From NCBI GenBank assembly GCA_965116665.1, contig OZ220709.1, forward strand, positions 2,132,062-2,196,061: 64,000 bases of DNA, given 5' to 3'. Shown in pieces: positions 35,498 through 44,992 of the stretch (positions are counted from its first letter, which is position 1; every line of letters starts with the position of its first letter). The position numbers were made by a program, and so were the translations under genes. The DNA comes from Acidimicrobiales bacterium (lineage in GTDB: Bacteria; Actinomycetota; Acidimicrobiia; Acidimicrobiales; Aldehydirespiratoraceae). The notes below the pieces were generated by a model. That model was given only the letters and a program-made list of their open reading frames with translations, searched no databases and had not been told where the DNA came from.

Positions 35498-36364
35498 TCA
35501 GTAGCTGTCTAGGTCGATTCCGGTGTGCGCAGCCAGGTCATCCAGCAGGCGTTCGGCATGCCGCAGCATGGTGGCGACTTCTTGAATGGGGTCGGGGTTG
35601 ACGTTCTCGTCTGCTAGCACCTGGGTGTAGTCGGAACCCTTGCGGTGCGCTGTGGCCTTGCTGCGGAGCAGTTGAAGCCGCCGAAGGAACGCTATGTCAC
35701 GGTCAGCCGAGGGGTACTGCTCCTGGTCCAGCCATCGCTGCAGCTTCCCGATGCTCTTCTCGCCCTGGACCTTGGTGGGCAGCTGGTCCTGGATGGTCCG
35801 CTCGTTCAGGGCGTCAACCATGACCTTGGCCAGGCCCATCACCTGGTCCTCGAACTCGGGCTGGCTGGTGTTCAGCGGGACACGCAGCCGCTGAAGGACG
35901 TGGGCATCGTCGGGCTCAGGCTCCTTGAAGAGCGACCAACCCAACCGCTCTTGCCACTTCGTGTTGAATCGTCTATATGCCGACTTGAACCTCAGGTCGG
36001 GGGCCTCCGGGGCGGTAGGTTGAGCTAGGAGCGCCCGCATGATTACCGTTCGGCTCGGTCTGCCCGTAGGGACTACGTTGAAGCTCCGCCAGTAGGGTCG
36101 CTCCATCTCGGGAAGGTCGCGTCCGAGGTCACCCAGAAAGACCATCACATGGTCAGGGTGGTCGTTGTCGATGTCTAGGCCCCAGAGGCCGCCGCAGGAC
36201 ACGTAGCTGCCTTCGATCAGAGACTTCTCGGGTAACTCGTAATAACGCTTAAGAACCTCACGGCGGAAATAGACCGGCGTCAGGTAGTGGGGTGCGCCCG
36301 GGTTTGCTCCAAAGTTGTTGTCAAGGCGGTCGGGGTCACAGGTGTGCGAACCTTCGACACGCAC
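35498..36364 (-). CDS. Hypothetical protein (orphan, visibly lower GC); C-terminal Rx5H motif may indicate a HEPN-like domain
   Basis: 288-aa ORF with no recognised family. YFRREVLKRYYELPEK motif; C-terminal LRRLQLLRSKATAHRKGSDY. The GTG start lies immediately after an in-frame stop, so the N-terminus may be truncated. Confidence 0.55.
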   Translation of the reverse strand: MRVEGSHTCDPDRLDNNFGANPGAPHYLTPVYFRREVLKRYYELPEKSLIEGSYVSCGGLWGLDIDNDHPDHVMVFLGDLGRDLPEMERPYWRSFNVVPTGRPSRTVIMRALLAQPTAPEAPDLRFKSAYRRFNTKWQERLGWSLFKEPEPDDAHVLQRLRVPLNTSQPEFEDQVMGLAKVMVDALNERTIQDQLPTKVQGEKSIGKLQRWLDQEQYPSADRDIAFLRRLQLLRSKATAHRKGSDYTQVLADENVNPDPIQEVATMLRHAERLLDDLAAHTGIDLDSY

Positions 36365-36654
36365 CGCGAAGCTAGGAGTACGGCAATGCTGCTACCGTCG
36401 GGATCCATGAGCTTGTTTCGTCGCCGCCGAGACCTCGGTCTGAAGCCTCTCGCAGAACTGCATGACGAGTTCCTCAGCAGGCCCAATGCAGAGGAACTGC
36501 TGACCGAGGCCGAGGACTACCTCGCTGGACGCGAGGACGAGCAAGCCGCGCGAACCGAGCGGTAGCGGCAAGCGCCCCCACGCGGTCGGCTCTCGGCGCG
36601 CTGCGCCGACGGCTGGCGACCAACCGTGTCGTTGGGCGCTGGCAGACTGGAGCG

Positions 36655-37986
36655 ATGCCAGGCGGTGGGATGGAAGCCCCCGTGACCACGGAGCTCAGGG
36701 GACGGCCCCCGGACGGGACGGTCGGGTTCCTCCACGTAGACATGGACGCCTTCTACGCCGCGGTGGAGGTGCGGCGCCGTCCCGAGCTGCGGGGCAAGCC
36801 CGTCGTGGTCGGCGGCACCGGCAGCCGGGGCGTGGTGGCCGCGGCCAGCTACGAGGCCCGGGTCTTCGGTGTCCACTCGGCCATGCCGTCGGTCCGGGCG
36901 CGCCGGCTGTGCCCCCACGCGGTGTTCCTGGCCGGCGACCACTCCTACTACGGGGAGGTGTCCGACCGGGTGATGGGCGTCCTGCGGGACGTGAGCCCGC
37001 TCGTGGAGCCCCTGTCGCTCGACGAGGCCTTCATGGACGTGCGGGGAGCGGCCCGCCTGCTCGGTCCGGCGCCGGAGTTGGCCGCTGAGATCCGGGCCCG
37101 GATCCTGGAGCAGGAGCAGCTCACCTGCTCGGTGGGGGTGGCCTCCACCAAGTCCATGGCCAAGCTGGCCACCGAGGAGGCCAAGCCTCGGATCGGTCCG
37201 TCGGGGCCCGTGTGGGGCTCAGGTGTCCACGTGGTCGAGGCGGGCACCGAACTCGACTTCCTTCACCCGCTGCCCGTCACCGCTCTCTTCGGGGTCGGCC
37301 CCGCCACCTCCCGCCGGCTGCAGCGCCTAGGTGTCGAGACGGTCGGCGATCTGGCCTCCCTGCCGGAGACTGCGGCCGTCGCCGCGCTGGGCGCGGCCTC
37401 CGGTCGCCAGCTTCACCAGCTGGCCAACGGCATCGATGACCGGCCGGTGGTGGTGAATCGGCTGGCCCGCTCCATCAGCCATGAGGAGACCTTCGCCCGG
37501 GACCTGCACCTCGCCAGCGAGCTCGAAGCCGAGGCCACCCGGCTGGCCGACGCGGTGGCCCGCCGGTTGAGGACCTCCAGCCTGCAGGCTCGGACCATCA
37601 CGCTGAAGCTGCGCTTCGGCGACTTCAGGACCATCACCCGCTCGGTGACGCTGCCCGGTCCCACCGACGGAACCCGCGACCTGGTAGCCGCCGCCCGCGA
37701 GCTTCTCGGGAGGGTCGATGTCGCGCCGGGAGTGCGGCTGCTGGGCGTGGGCGCGTCGGGGCTGGTGGAGACGGCCGCCCGCCAGCTGACATTCGGGCTC
37801 GACGTGAGCGAGGACGAACCCCAGGACCACGAAGCAGCCGAGAGGGTGACCGACCGGATAAGGGACCGTTTCGGCGAGTCGGCCATCGGCACCGCAGCCG
37901 CCATCCGCGACGCCAGAGGCATGCGATCTCCCTCCGACGCGGATCAGCGATGGGGACCGGCCAGCGACGAGCCGGGCCCGAAGTGA
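36655..37986 (+). CDS. dinB: DNA polymerase IV (Y-family)
   Basis: Motifs: FLHVDMDAFYAAVE, GKPVVVGG..RGVV.AASYEAR.FGV.SAM, SLDEAFMDV, CS.GVA..K..AK.A. Confidence 0.9.
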   Translation: MPGGGMEAPVTTELRGRPPDGTVGFLHVDMDAFYAAVEVRRRPELRGKPVVVGGTGSRGVVAAASYEARVFGVHSAMPSVRARRLCPHAVFLAGDHSYYGEVSDRVMGVLRDVSPLVEPLSLDEAFMDVRGAARLLGPAPELAAEIRARILEQEQLTCSVGVASTKSMAKLATEEAKPRIGPSGPVWGSGVHVVEAGTELDFLHPLPVTALFGVGPATSRRLQRLGVETVGDLASLPETAAVAALGAASGRQLHQLANGIDDRPVVVNRLARSISHEETFARDLHLASELEAEATRLADAVARRLRTSSLQARTITLKLRFGDFRTITRSVTLPGPTDGTRDLVAAARELLGRVDVAPGVRLLGVGASGLVETAARQLTFGLDVSEDEPQDHEAAERVTDRIRDRFGESAIGTAAAIRDARGMRSPSDADQRWGPASDEPGPK

Positions 37987-38082
37987 CACAAATGGGTTTG
38001 GCGCAACGCAGTTGCGCTCGATTCCGGCTATCGTCAGGACGAACACGCACAGCTGCGAAGCCAACGTGCCGGAGGTGATGGC

Positions 38083-38469
38083 GTGCCGTTGTCGGAGGAC
38101 GAACAGCGGATTCTCAGCGAGATCGAGTCGCACCTCTATGAGAGCGACCCCGAACTGGCACGCGAGGTAGCCGAGACCACGGTGTACACCCACGCTTTCC
38201 GCAACATCAAGTGGGCCGCGCTCGGCCTGCTGATCGGCATCGTGATCATGGTCTGGCTGCTGTCGGTGTCGTTCCTGCTGTCGTTCGGCGGATTCCTGGT
38301 GATGCTCGTCTCGCTGCTGTTCCTCGAGCGCAACGCGCGCCGGGTCGGCCGGGCCGGACTGGGCCAGATGACCCAGTCGATGCGGGGTGGGGGATTCCGC
38401 GACATGGTCGGCGGAGCCGGGTCACGGATGCGGGACCGCTTCGACCGCGACAACCGGAACGGCAACTGA
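38083..38469 (+). CDS. DUF3040 membrane protein
   Basis: MPLSEDEQRILSEIESHLYESDPELA N-terminus followed by two TM segments. Confidence 0.8.
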   Translation: MPLSEDEQRILSEIESHLYESDPELAREVAETTVYTHAFRNIKWAALGLLIGIVIMVWLLSVSFLLSFGGFLVMLVSLLFLERNARRVGRAGLGQMTQSMRGGGFRDMVGGAGSRMRDRFDRDNRNGN

Positions 38470-38493
38470 GCCCCGGCCGGCGCCCCCGAAGCT

Positions 38494-40956
38494 CTAGCGA
38501 CGGCGGCGACTGAAGAGCGTTGACGGATCGACCGCCGAAGCCAGCCGGTTGAGCAGGTTCGCCTGCCGGCGGCACGCGCCGACCACCAGCGAACCCGCGA
38601 CACCGGCCCTGATCGCCATCAACGACGGCGTCTCGCGGGCATAGCGCCCGTGCGTGGCGATGACGGCCAGCTCCTGTATGGGTCCCACTGCGGGACGGAC
38701 CGCCACGACCCGGCGGGCCAGTTCTTGGGGGGTCTCCGAGGGCATGGGACTGAGTTCGACCAGCGCCAGCGCCTCGAGAACGCTGGTCCACCAGAAGTCG
38801 ACCAATCCGGCCGGATCGTCGGCGAGGCGGTCTCTGCGCCTGCGCCACTGCAGGCGCTTGAGCAAAGGCACCAGTCCGACGGCCGACCCCAGCGCGAGCG
38901 CAGCCACCAGCGCGGGGCTGAGCCGGCGGGCGCCTCCAGAGTCCTCACCCCCCGAATCGGCGGCGGGCGAGGACTCAGACCGGCGGGCCAGACCCGAGCC
39001 CGCCTCGGAGTCGTCGCTGGAGGCACCGGCCGGGTCCGGTCCGGCGGAGCCCGGGCTTCCGGGTGCCTCGGCAGGCTCAAACCCCTGATCGAAGCCGGCC
39101 GCCGCGTCCCGGCCGGGACCCGCCTGGTCGGCGACATGGCCGGTGATGGCGAAGTCGCCGGGAGCGCCCCTGCCGGGCGTCGGCTCGAACCGGACCCAGC
39201 CGGTGCCCGCGAAGTACACTTCGGGCCAGGCGTGGGCATTCCTGCCCCGCACGACGTAGGCGCCGTCGACGAAGGCCCCGTCGATGCTGCGCTCCGGCTG
39301 CCAGTCGCCCCAGGTGAATCCCACCGCGACCCGGGTCGGCAGGCCGATGCTGCGGGCCAGGGCCGCAAAGGCCGACGCGAACTGCTGGCAGTAGCCGGCC
39401 CGGACATCGAACAGGAAGTCCTCCAGGCCGTCGACTCCCTCGGTGTGGATTTCCAGGTCGTAGCGGAAACCGCCGTCCAGCCTGAAATGGTCTTGCAGCA
39501 GCAGCGCCCGGTGGTAGTCGGACCGTGCACCCGCGGTGATCCGCTCCGCCTCGGAACGGACGAGTTCTTGCACATCGTCGGGCAGTTCGGTGTTCGTGGC
39601 CAGGAACCCTTCCTCCAGCATCGACGTCTCGGACCGGCGCAGGCGGTCAGGATCCCCGATCGCGGGCACTGCCGAGTCGACCGCGTAGATGAATCGTCTC
39701 GGTCCTGCTAGCGCGGCACGGCGCGACTTGATGAGCGAACCCGAGAGAGCTTCGTATTCCATGGCCACCCCGCCGTCGTCGATGACCCGACGGAGTTCGT
39801 AGGCGGCCGGCAGGTACGAGTTCCCGAGTCCTGTCAGCATCACTGTCTGCGACAGCTGGGTTCCCGACGCCGCCGACGGGTCCAGGGTGGCCGCCAGCGG
39901 CCCCGACACGTCCTCGTACTGCGAACGCGCCCTCCACGCGTCGCCGTCGAACTCATCAAGGGACGTCAGCCTCCAGTACTGGCGCTCCTCCTCGGGCACG
40001 GCCACCGCGAAGAGCTCGACATCGGAGAGATCGATGAGACGGCTGCGAACCTGGACGAGGGGGCTGACAAGAACCCTGGCCCCGCCGCCGGACCCCTCCA
40101 GTGAGGCGGGCGGGCCATCGACGGCAGCGGCAAGGTCGGCCCACGGCTCCGGGTGAGGGGGCGGGGCATCGACCCAGGGAGCGGCGTCGGTGACCTCCAG
40201 GCTCTCAAGATCGATCCAGGGCTCGGCCCGGGCCCCGGGAAGAGCCGGGCCGGCCACCGCGCCGGCCGCCACCGCCAGCGCCAGCGCGGCGCCCGCGACG
40301 CGGGCCATGGCCATCGTCCCGCGACCCGGTCCAGCCTCGATCCAGACGTCGGCCCGCCGGTTGCGGAGCCACAGCGCGACCATCGTCGACCCCATGGCGC
40401 CACACGCCAGTGTCCCGTAGAGAACCGCCGCGTCGCCGGTGCCGACCGCGGCCGTGAAGCCGTACACGGCGGCGGCCGGGGCGACCGCCCATCCTGCGGA
40501 GCGGAGCCGGAAGGCGGCCGCATCGGCCAGGTAGGCACACAACCCCAGCACCGTCCCGGCGATCAGGACCAGTCCCGGCACCGGGACAACCGGTGCAGGA
40601 CTGCCGTTCACCACGTCCCAGCCGTCCACGAGGTGATCGACCGCAGCCGAGACGGTGTCGGGCGTGGGCACGACGAACCAGGCCGTCTCGGCGTAGAGCA
40701 GCACCGTTGCCGTGATTGCGAAGCTGGCGACGCCGACCAGCGCCGCGCCGGCGGCCGGCATCGCCACGCGACGGGTCGCCGCGGCGACCACATGGCAGGC
40801 GAGAGCCAGAGCCAGCACGTCGCGCAGGAACGACGTGTCGGTGAACAGCCTCGACATTCCCGCGGCAACCACGACGGTGACCGCGATCAGCGCAGTCTCC
40901 GCCAGCCAGTCGTAGCCTTCGCCACGGCCGGAACCCGGCCCGCCGGGGTTGCTCAC
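38494..40956 (-). CDS. Transglutaminase-like membrane protein (TgpA-type)
   Basis: N-terminal polytopic region. Transglutaminase core: GYCQQFASAFAALARSIGLPTRVAVGF ... NAHAWPEVYFAGTGWVRFEPTP. The GTG at 40956 overlaps the DUF58 stop (GTGA); the track start at 41001 is an alternative. Confidence 0.85.
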   Translation of the reverse strand: MSNPGGPGSGRGEGYDWLAETALIAVTVVVAAGMSRLFTDTSFLRDVLALALACHVVAAATRRVAMPAAGAALVGVASFAITATVLLYAETAWFVVPTPDTVSAAVDHLVDGWDVVNGSPAPVVPVPGLVLIAGTVLGLCAYLADAAAFRLRSAGWAVAPAAAVYGFTAAVGTGDAAVLYGTLACGAMGSTMVALWLRNRRADVWIEAGPGRGTMAMARVAGAALALAVAAGAVAGPALPGARAEPWIDLESLEVTDAAPWVDAPPPHPEPWADLAAAVDGPPASLEGSGGGARVLVSPLVQVRSRLIDLSDVELFAVAVPEEERQYWRLTSLDEFDGDAWRARSQYEDVSGPLAATLDPSAASGTQLSQTVMLTGLGNSYLPAAYELRRVIDDGGVAMEYEALSGSLIKSRRAALAGPRRFIYAVDSAVPAIGDPDRLRRSETSMLEEGFLATNTELPDDVQELVRSEAERITAGARSDYHRALLLQDHFRLDGGFRYDLEIHTEGVDGLEDFLFDVRAGYCQQFASAFAALARSIGLPTRVAVGFTWGDWQPERSIDGAFVDGAYVVRGRNAHAWPEVYFAGTGWVRFEPTPGRGAPGDFAITGHVADQAGPGRDAAAGFDQGFEPAEAPGSPGSAGPDPAGASSDDSEAGSGLARRSESSPAADSGGEDSGGARRLSPALVAALALGSAVGLVPLLKRLQWRRRRDRLADDPAGLVDFWWTSVLEALALVELSPMPSETPQELARRVVAVRPAVGPIQELAVIATHGRYARETPSLMAIRAGVAGSLVVGACRRQANLLNRLASAVDPSTLFSRRRR

Positions 40957-42128
40957 ACCAGATCGACGACCCCGCGACCGGCCAATGCGGGCACCCGCCA
41001 CAGGCTCGGCAGCTGGCCTGGGCCGGTCAGGTGTATCCAGCCGCCCTCGTGATCCACCGCCGGCGCCGAGGCCGATCGGTGCCCGGAGCCGTAGGTGACG
41101 ATCAGGGAGGCCGCCAGACGCTGGGCCAGATCATGGCGGGCACCGTCATCGTCGATGGCGTCGGGGGAGGCCGAGACGGCCACCACCACCGACCCCTCGC
41201 CGAGCGACTGGACATCGATGCCGGGCCGCCCGCCCGCCAGCAGGGCAAGGAACTCGAGCGCGACGCCCAGCTCGGAGTGGTGCGACAGCAGCGGCGTCCG
41301 GCGGCCGTCGGTGGTCAGGATCTGCGCCTCGTCGCCGGAGCGCAGCACGGCGTTGACGATCGACGCGGCCACCGAGGTAGTGCGATCCTGCACGCTGACG
41401 AGGTCCCCCGGGGGTCGGGTGTCGATGATCACGGTCATGCGGCCCGGGCGGGACGGCTGGAACCGCCTCACCGTGAACTCGTCGAGTCTCGCCGTGGAAC
41501 GCCAGTGGATATGGCGGAGATCGTCCCCCTCCACGTACGGGCGCAGGACGTCGAACTCGTCGCTCTCGAGCCCGAGCGACCGGCGATGGAAGTCGCTGGG
41601 CAGTGACAGAGCCCCACCGACGGGCAGCCGGGGCGACACCAGCGTCTCGATGGGCGGATGCACGATCACACGGGTGCGCGTCTCGAAGACCCGTCGCCGG
41701 TGTGCCAGTCCGAGGCCGTCGATGTCGCTGACGGTCGTGGGGCCGATCTCGAGCACACCGCGGCGCGTCGGCTGAAGCCGGTAACTCCCCGTCGCGGTCG
41801 AGGTGCCGCCCACCGGCGACAGGTTGAAGCGGTGGTCGGGCTCCCCGCTGACGTGCTCGTTGAGACGAACCGTCGGGGACGGCAGCCTGGCCAGGTTCGT
41901 GACACGCAGCGTCACCTCGACAGGCTCGTTGACCGTGACCATCTCCGACGACACCAGACGGCTGAGCGACAGGCGGGACGGGTGCACCAGCCGCAGCGCC
42001 AACGCGACGACCACCGCAGAGGCGGCCGCGGCCCCGATGACGTAGAACTCGAGGATCCCGAAGGCCCGGCCCGCGCCGACCGCCAGGACGCCGAGTACCA
42101 GCAGCCTCCAGCCGATCGAGGTCGGCAC
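40953..42128 (-). CDS. DUF58 (vWA-like) protein
   Basis: Motifs: LRPYVEGDDLRHIHWRSTARLDEFTVRRF. Two N-terminal TM segments. Positioned between MoxR and TgpA. Confidence 0.85.
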   Translation of the reverse strand: MPTSIGWRLLVLGVLAVGAGRAFGILEFYVIGAAAASAVVVALALRLVHPSRLSLSRLVSSEMVTVNEPVEVTLRVTNLARLPSPTVRLNEHVSGEPDHRFNLSPVGGTSTATGSYRLQPTRRGVLEIGPTTVSDIDGLGLAHRRRVFETRTRVIVHPPIETLVSPRLPVGGALSLPSDFHRRSLGLESDEFDVLRPYVEGDDLRHIHWRSTARLDEFTVRRFQPSRPGRMTVIIDTRPPGDLVSVQDRTTSVAASIVNAVLRSGDEAQILTTDGRRTPLLSHHSELGVALEFLALLAGGRPGIDVQSLGEGSVVVAVSASPDAIDDDGARHDLAQRLAASLIVTYGSGHRSASAPAVDHEGGWIHLTGPGQLPSLWRVPALAGRGVVDLV

Positions 42129-42129
42129 G

Positions 42130-43074
42130 TCAGCGCCCCTTGCGGGGCACGGGCACGGAGTCGATTATCTCGGTGACGATGTCGGTCGAGCGCAGGCCCC
42201 GCACCCGGCTGTCGGGCTTGGCCAGGAGCCGGTGCGGCAGCATCACCGGCGCCAGCGCCTTGATGTCGTCAGGGGTCACGTAGTCGCGGCTCAGCGAGGC
42301 CGCCCGGGCCCGGGCCACTCTCAGCAGGGCCAGCACCCCCCTGGGTGACAGGCCCAGAGACAGGCCTGGATGGCGCCGCGTCGCCCCGGCGACATCCAGG
42401 AGATAGGAGCGCAGGGCGCCCGAGACGTGAACCTCTTCGAGCCGTTCGGACATCCACCGGATCACGGCCGCGTCGGCCACCGGCGCGATGAGGTCCACAG
42501 GCTCCTGAGCGCCCCTCGACACGAGGATCGAGTCCTCGGACACGGCATCCGGGTATCCGACGTGAAGTCGCATGAGAAAGCGGTCCATCTGGCTCTCGGG
42601 CAGGGGGTAGGTGCCCTCGTACTCCAGCGGGTTCTGGGTGGCGATCACCGTGAAGGGTGGCTCCAGCATCCGGGTGACACCGTCGACGGTGACCTGCTGC
42701 TCTCCCATGGCCTCCAGCAGGGCCGACTGGGCTTTGGGCGAGGCCCGGTTGATCTCGTCGGCCAGGACGATGTTCGAGAAGACCGGCCCGGGCCGGAACT
42801 CGAAGGATCCAGTTGCTCGATTGAACACCGACGTTCCGGTGATGTCCACGGGCAGCAGGTCCGGTGTGAACTGGATCCGGCCGAAGCTGACGTCGATGCT
42901 GCGGGCCAGTGCCTTGCCGAGGCTTGTCTTGCCCACGCCCGGCACGTCCTCGATGAGCACATGCCCCCCGCTCACCAGAGCCAGGATGAGGTGCTCGATG
43001 ACGGTGGGCTTGCCTTTGACGGCGAACTCCATGTTCTGATGGATCAACCTGAACTGCTCTTCAAAGTCAGCCAT
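42130..43074 (-). CDS. MoxR-family AAA+ ATPase
   Basis: Walker A (GVPGVGKT), Walker B (LADEINR), and QNP.E.EGTYPLPE.Q.DRF. Confidence 0.9.
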   Translation of the reverse strand: MADFEEQFRLIHQNMEFAVKGKPTVIEHLILALVSGGHVLIEDVPGVGKTSLGKALARSIDVSFGRIQFTPDLLPVDITGTSVFNRATGSFEFRPGPVFSNIVLADEINRASPKAQSALLEAMGEQQVTVDGVTRMLEPPFTVIATQNPLEYEGTYPLPESQMDRFLMRLHVGYPDAVSEDSILVSRGAQEPVDLIAPVADAAVIRWMSERLEEVHVSGALRSYLLDVAGATRRHPGLSLGLSPRGVLALLRVARARAASLSRDYVTPDDIKALAPVMLPHRLLAKPDSRVRGLRSTDIVTEIIDSVPVPRKGR

Positions 43075-43164
43075 CGCGGGCCAGCGTACCGCTCCGAAGG
43101 CTCCGCAATCGCTGGAGGCCCGAAGCGCCGGACGGCCCCGACGGTGCTCCGGTAGGCTCCGGCC

Positions 43165-43428
43165 GTGGGCGCGATTCTGGCGGGCAGGCTGGTGCTGCGC
43201 TCAGCCCGTGCGGTTGCGACCCGGCCGCGGCTGTGGCCGACCGCGATGGCCCTGGTGCCGCGCTTCGCCCCGGACCGCTGGTGGAGGCGGCCCCCGTTGG
43301 TGCCCCTGCCCCCGACAGACCTCCTGCGCTTCAGGTCCGAGACGATGTACGGCGACCCCGGCCGGGCTCCCTCGCCCGCGGACTTGGCCGTGTGGCTGGA
43401 GTGGTGCAGAGCTCAGCGCCGTCGCTGA
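43165..43428 (+). CDS. Hypothetical protein
   Basis: 87-aa ORF with strong GC3 bias and no recognised domain. Confidence 0.45.
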   Translation: MGAILAGRLVLRSARAVATRPRLWPTAMALVPRFAPDRWWRRPPLVPLPPTDLLRFRSETMYGDPGRAPSPADLAVWLEWCRAQRRR

Positions 43429-43465
43429 CTGCATCTCCCACCAGCAGACGGCTAGCCTGCCCCCG

Positions 43466-43978
43466 ATGTCCGGGGTGCTCGTTCTCAACGCGACCTTCGA
43501 GCCGCTCGCAGTGGTGAGCGCCCGCCGCGCCGTGTGCCTGGTGCTGGCTGAGAAGGTCGAGATGCTCCACGCCACCGGGCGCGCCTTTCGATCCGAGCGG
43601 AGATCGGTGGAGGTGCCGTCGGTGGTCCGGCTCAGCCACTACGTGAGCGTGCCCCGCCCCCGGCATCGTTCCCCCAACCGGCGGGCGGTGTTCGCCAGAG
43701 ACCGCGACGCCTGCCAGTACTGCGGCGCGCGGGCCGAGACGATGGACCACATCGTGCCTCGCAGCCGGGGCGGGCAGCACACCTGGGAGAACGTGGTGGC
43801 CGCGTGCCGCCGCTGCAACGCCAAGAAGCGCGACCGCCTCCCGAGCGAGAGCGGAATGATGCTGCGCCGCCGGCCTGAGCCACCGCTGCCGTCGACCTGG
43901 GTCGAGATCGCCGCGGGAGCCGTTCCCGAGGTGTGGACGCCGTACTTGAGACCCGGAAGCGGCCGCCGCACGGCGTGA
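43466..43978 (+). CDS. HNH endonuclease
   Basis: Motifs: RAVFARDRDACQYCG...DHIVPRSRGGQHTWENVVAACRRCNAKK. ATG at 43466. Confidence 0.85.
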   Translation: MSGVLVLNATFEPLAVVSARRAVCLVLAEKVEMLHATGRAFRSERRSVEVPSVVRLSHYVSVPRPRHRSPNRRAVFARDRDACQYCGARAETMDHIVPRSRGGQHTWENVVAACRRCNAKKRDRLPSESGMMLRRRPEPPLPSTWVEIAAGAVPEVWTPYLRPGSGRRTA

Positions 43979-44739
43979 GCGCGAGCGGCGAACCGGCTGG
44001 GCGGGCCCCGGCCGGAGACCCACCCCCCGGTCGAGTAGGAGTCGACTGGACGATCGAGCACTCCCACGGCCCGGTCTCCGACCTTCTTGCGTTGGACGAT
44101 CCGCCGACGGGCACATCGCGCCTGGCCAGGATGCACACCGTCGACGAGCCGGGCCTCGTGCTGGGGAGTACCCAGAAGGCCGGCGCAGCCGACGGGCGCC
44201 GCGCCGCGAGCTCCGGGGTGGAGGTGCTGCACCGGCGCAGCGGCGGGGGAGCGGTGCTGCTGTGGCCCGGGCGCCAGGTGTGGGCCGACTTCTTCGTGAC
44301 TTCGACCGATCCACTCTGGCACGATGACGTGACCCTGGCAGCCGGTTGGGTCGGCCGGCTGTGGGCGGCAGTGGTGGCCCGTTTCTCCACCGCCGGATGC
44401 TCGGTCCACACCGGCCGCCTCGTCGCCGACCGGTGGGGCAGGCTGGCGTGCTTCGCAGGAACGGGTCCGGGCGAGGTTTTGGTGAGCGGTCGCAAGGTTG
44501 TGGGAGTCAGTCAGCGCCGCAGCCGGGATCAGGTCCGGATACAGACGGCGGCCCGGCTCCGGCCGGCCGGCCCGCCCGCCCCGGCCGCAGGCGAGCTCGA
44601 CGAACTGGATCTGCTGGATCTCAGCCCGGCCGAGCGGGTAGAGGGTCAGGCAGTCCTGGCCAGTCGCAGCACCTTCATTTCGGCGACCGAGGCTGAGCTG
44701 ACCGGGGCCCTGCTGCAGGAGCTGCAGCACCCGGGCTGA
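43975..44739 (+). CDS. Biotin/lipoate A/B protein ligase-family protein
   Basis: Contains the LplA-like motifs RRSGGGAVLL and GRKVVGVSQRR. GTG 43975 overlaps the HNH stop (GTGA). Confidence 0.6.
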   Translation: MSASGEPAGRAPAGDPPPGRVGVDWTIEHSHGPVSDLLALDDPPTGTSRLARMHTVDEPGLVLGSTQKAGAADGRRAASSGVEVLHRRSGGGAVLLWPGRQVWADFFVTSTDPLWHDDVTLAAGWVGRLWAAVVARFSTAGCSVHTGRLVADRWGRLACFAGTGPGEVLVSGRKVVGVSQRRSRDQVRIQTAARLRPAGPPAPAAGELDELDLLDLSPAERVEGQAVLASRSTFISATEAELTGALLQELQHPG

Positions 44740-44792
44740 TCCCGGTCCGGCACCGGCCGAGCCTGGGACACAGCTCGCGACGGCACCCATTC

Positions 44793-44856
44793 CACCAGCG
44801 GCCACCATCGCCACCGGCCACCATCACCAGCGGCCACCATCACCAGCGGCCACCAT
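44793..44856 (+). repeat. Four tandem 16-bp repeats upstream of the mraZ promoter region
   Basis: CACCAGCGGCCACCAT / CGCCACCGGCCACCAT / CACCAGCGGCCACCAT / CACCAGCGGCCACCAT, contiguous. Confidence 0.9.
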
Positions 44857-44870
44857 GTGGAGAGATTTCT

Positions 44871-44899
44871 CTGGCAAGGCTTGCATCGTGGTGTGAAAG
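44871..44899 (+). promoter_or_regulatory. Candidate sigma-A-type promoter of the dcw cluster
   Basis: TTGCAT (44871-44876), a 17-bp spacer, then TACTGT (44894-44899; TAnnnT). It is flanked by phased GTGG boxes. Confidence 0.35.
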
Positions 44900-44992
44900 G
44901 GAGTACTGTGGTTTGCTGTGGAGTACTTAGGAGTCGAAAGTGGTGCCCCGAAGAGGGCCCTGGCTCGATGTGGACGAGCGTGAGCGCCGACC

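Noticed and set aside
38494-43074. MoxR-DUF58-transglutaminase triad as a novel system
   Set aside because: This three-gene arrangement is widespread and already known in Actinomycetota and other phyla. Nothing looks atypical apart from a corrected TgpA start.
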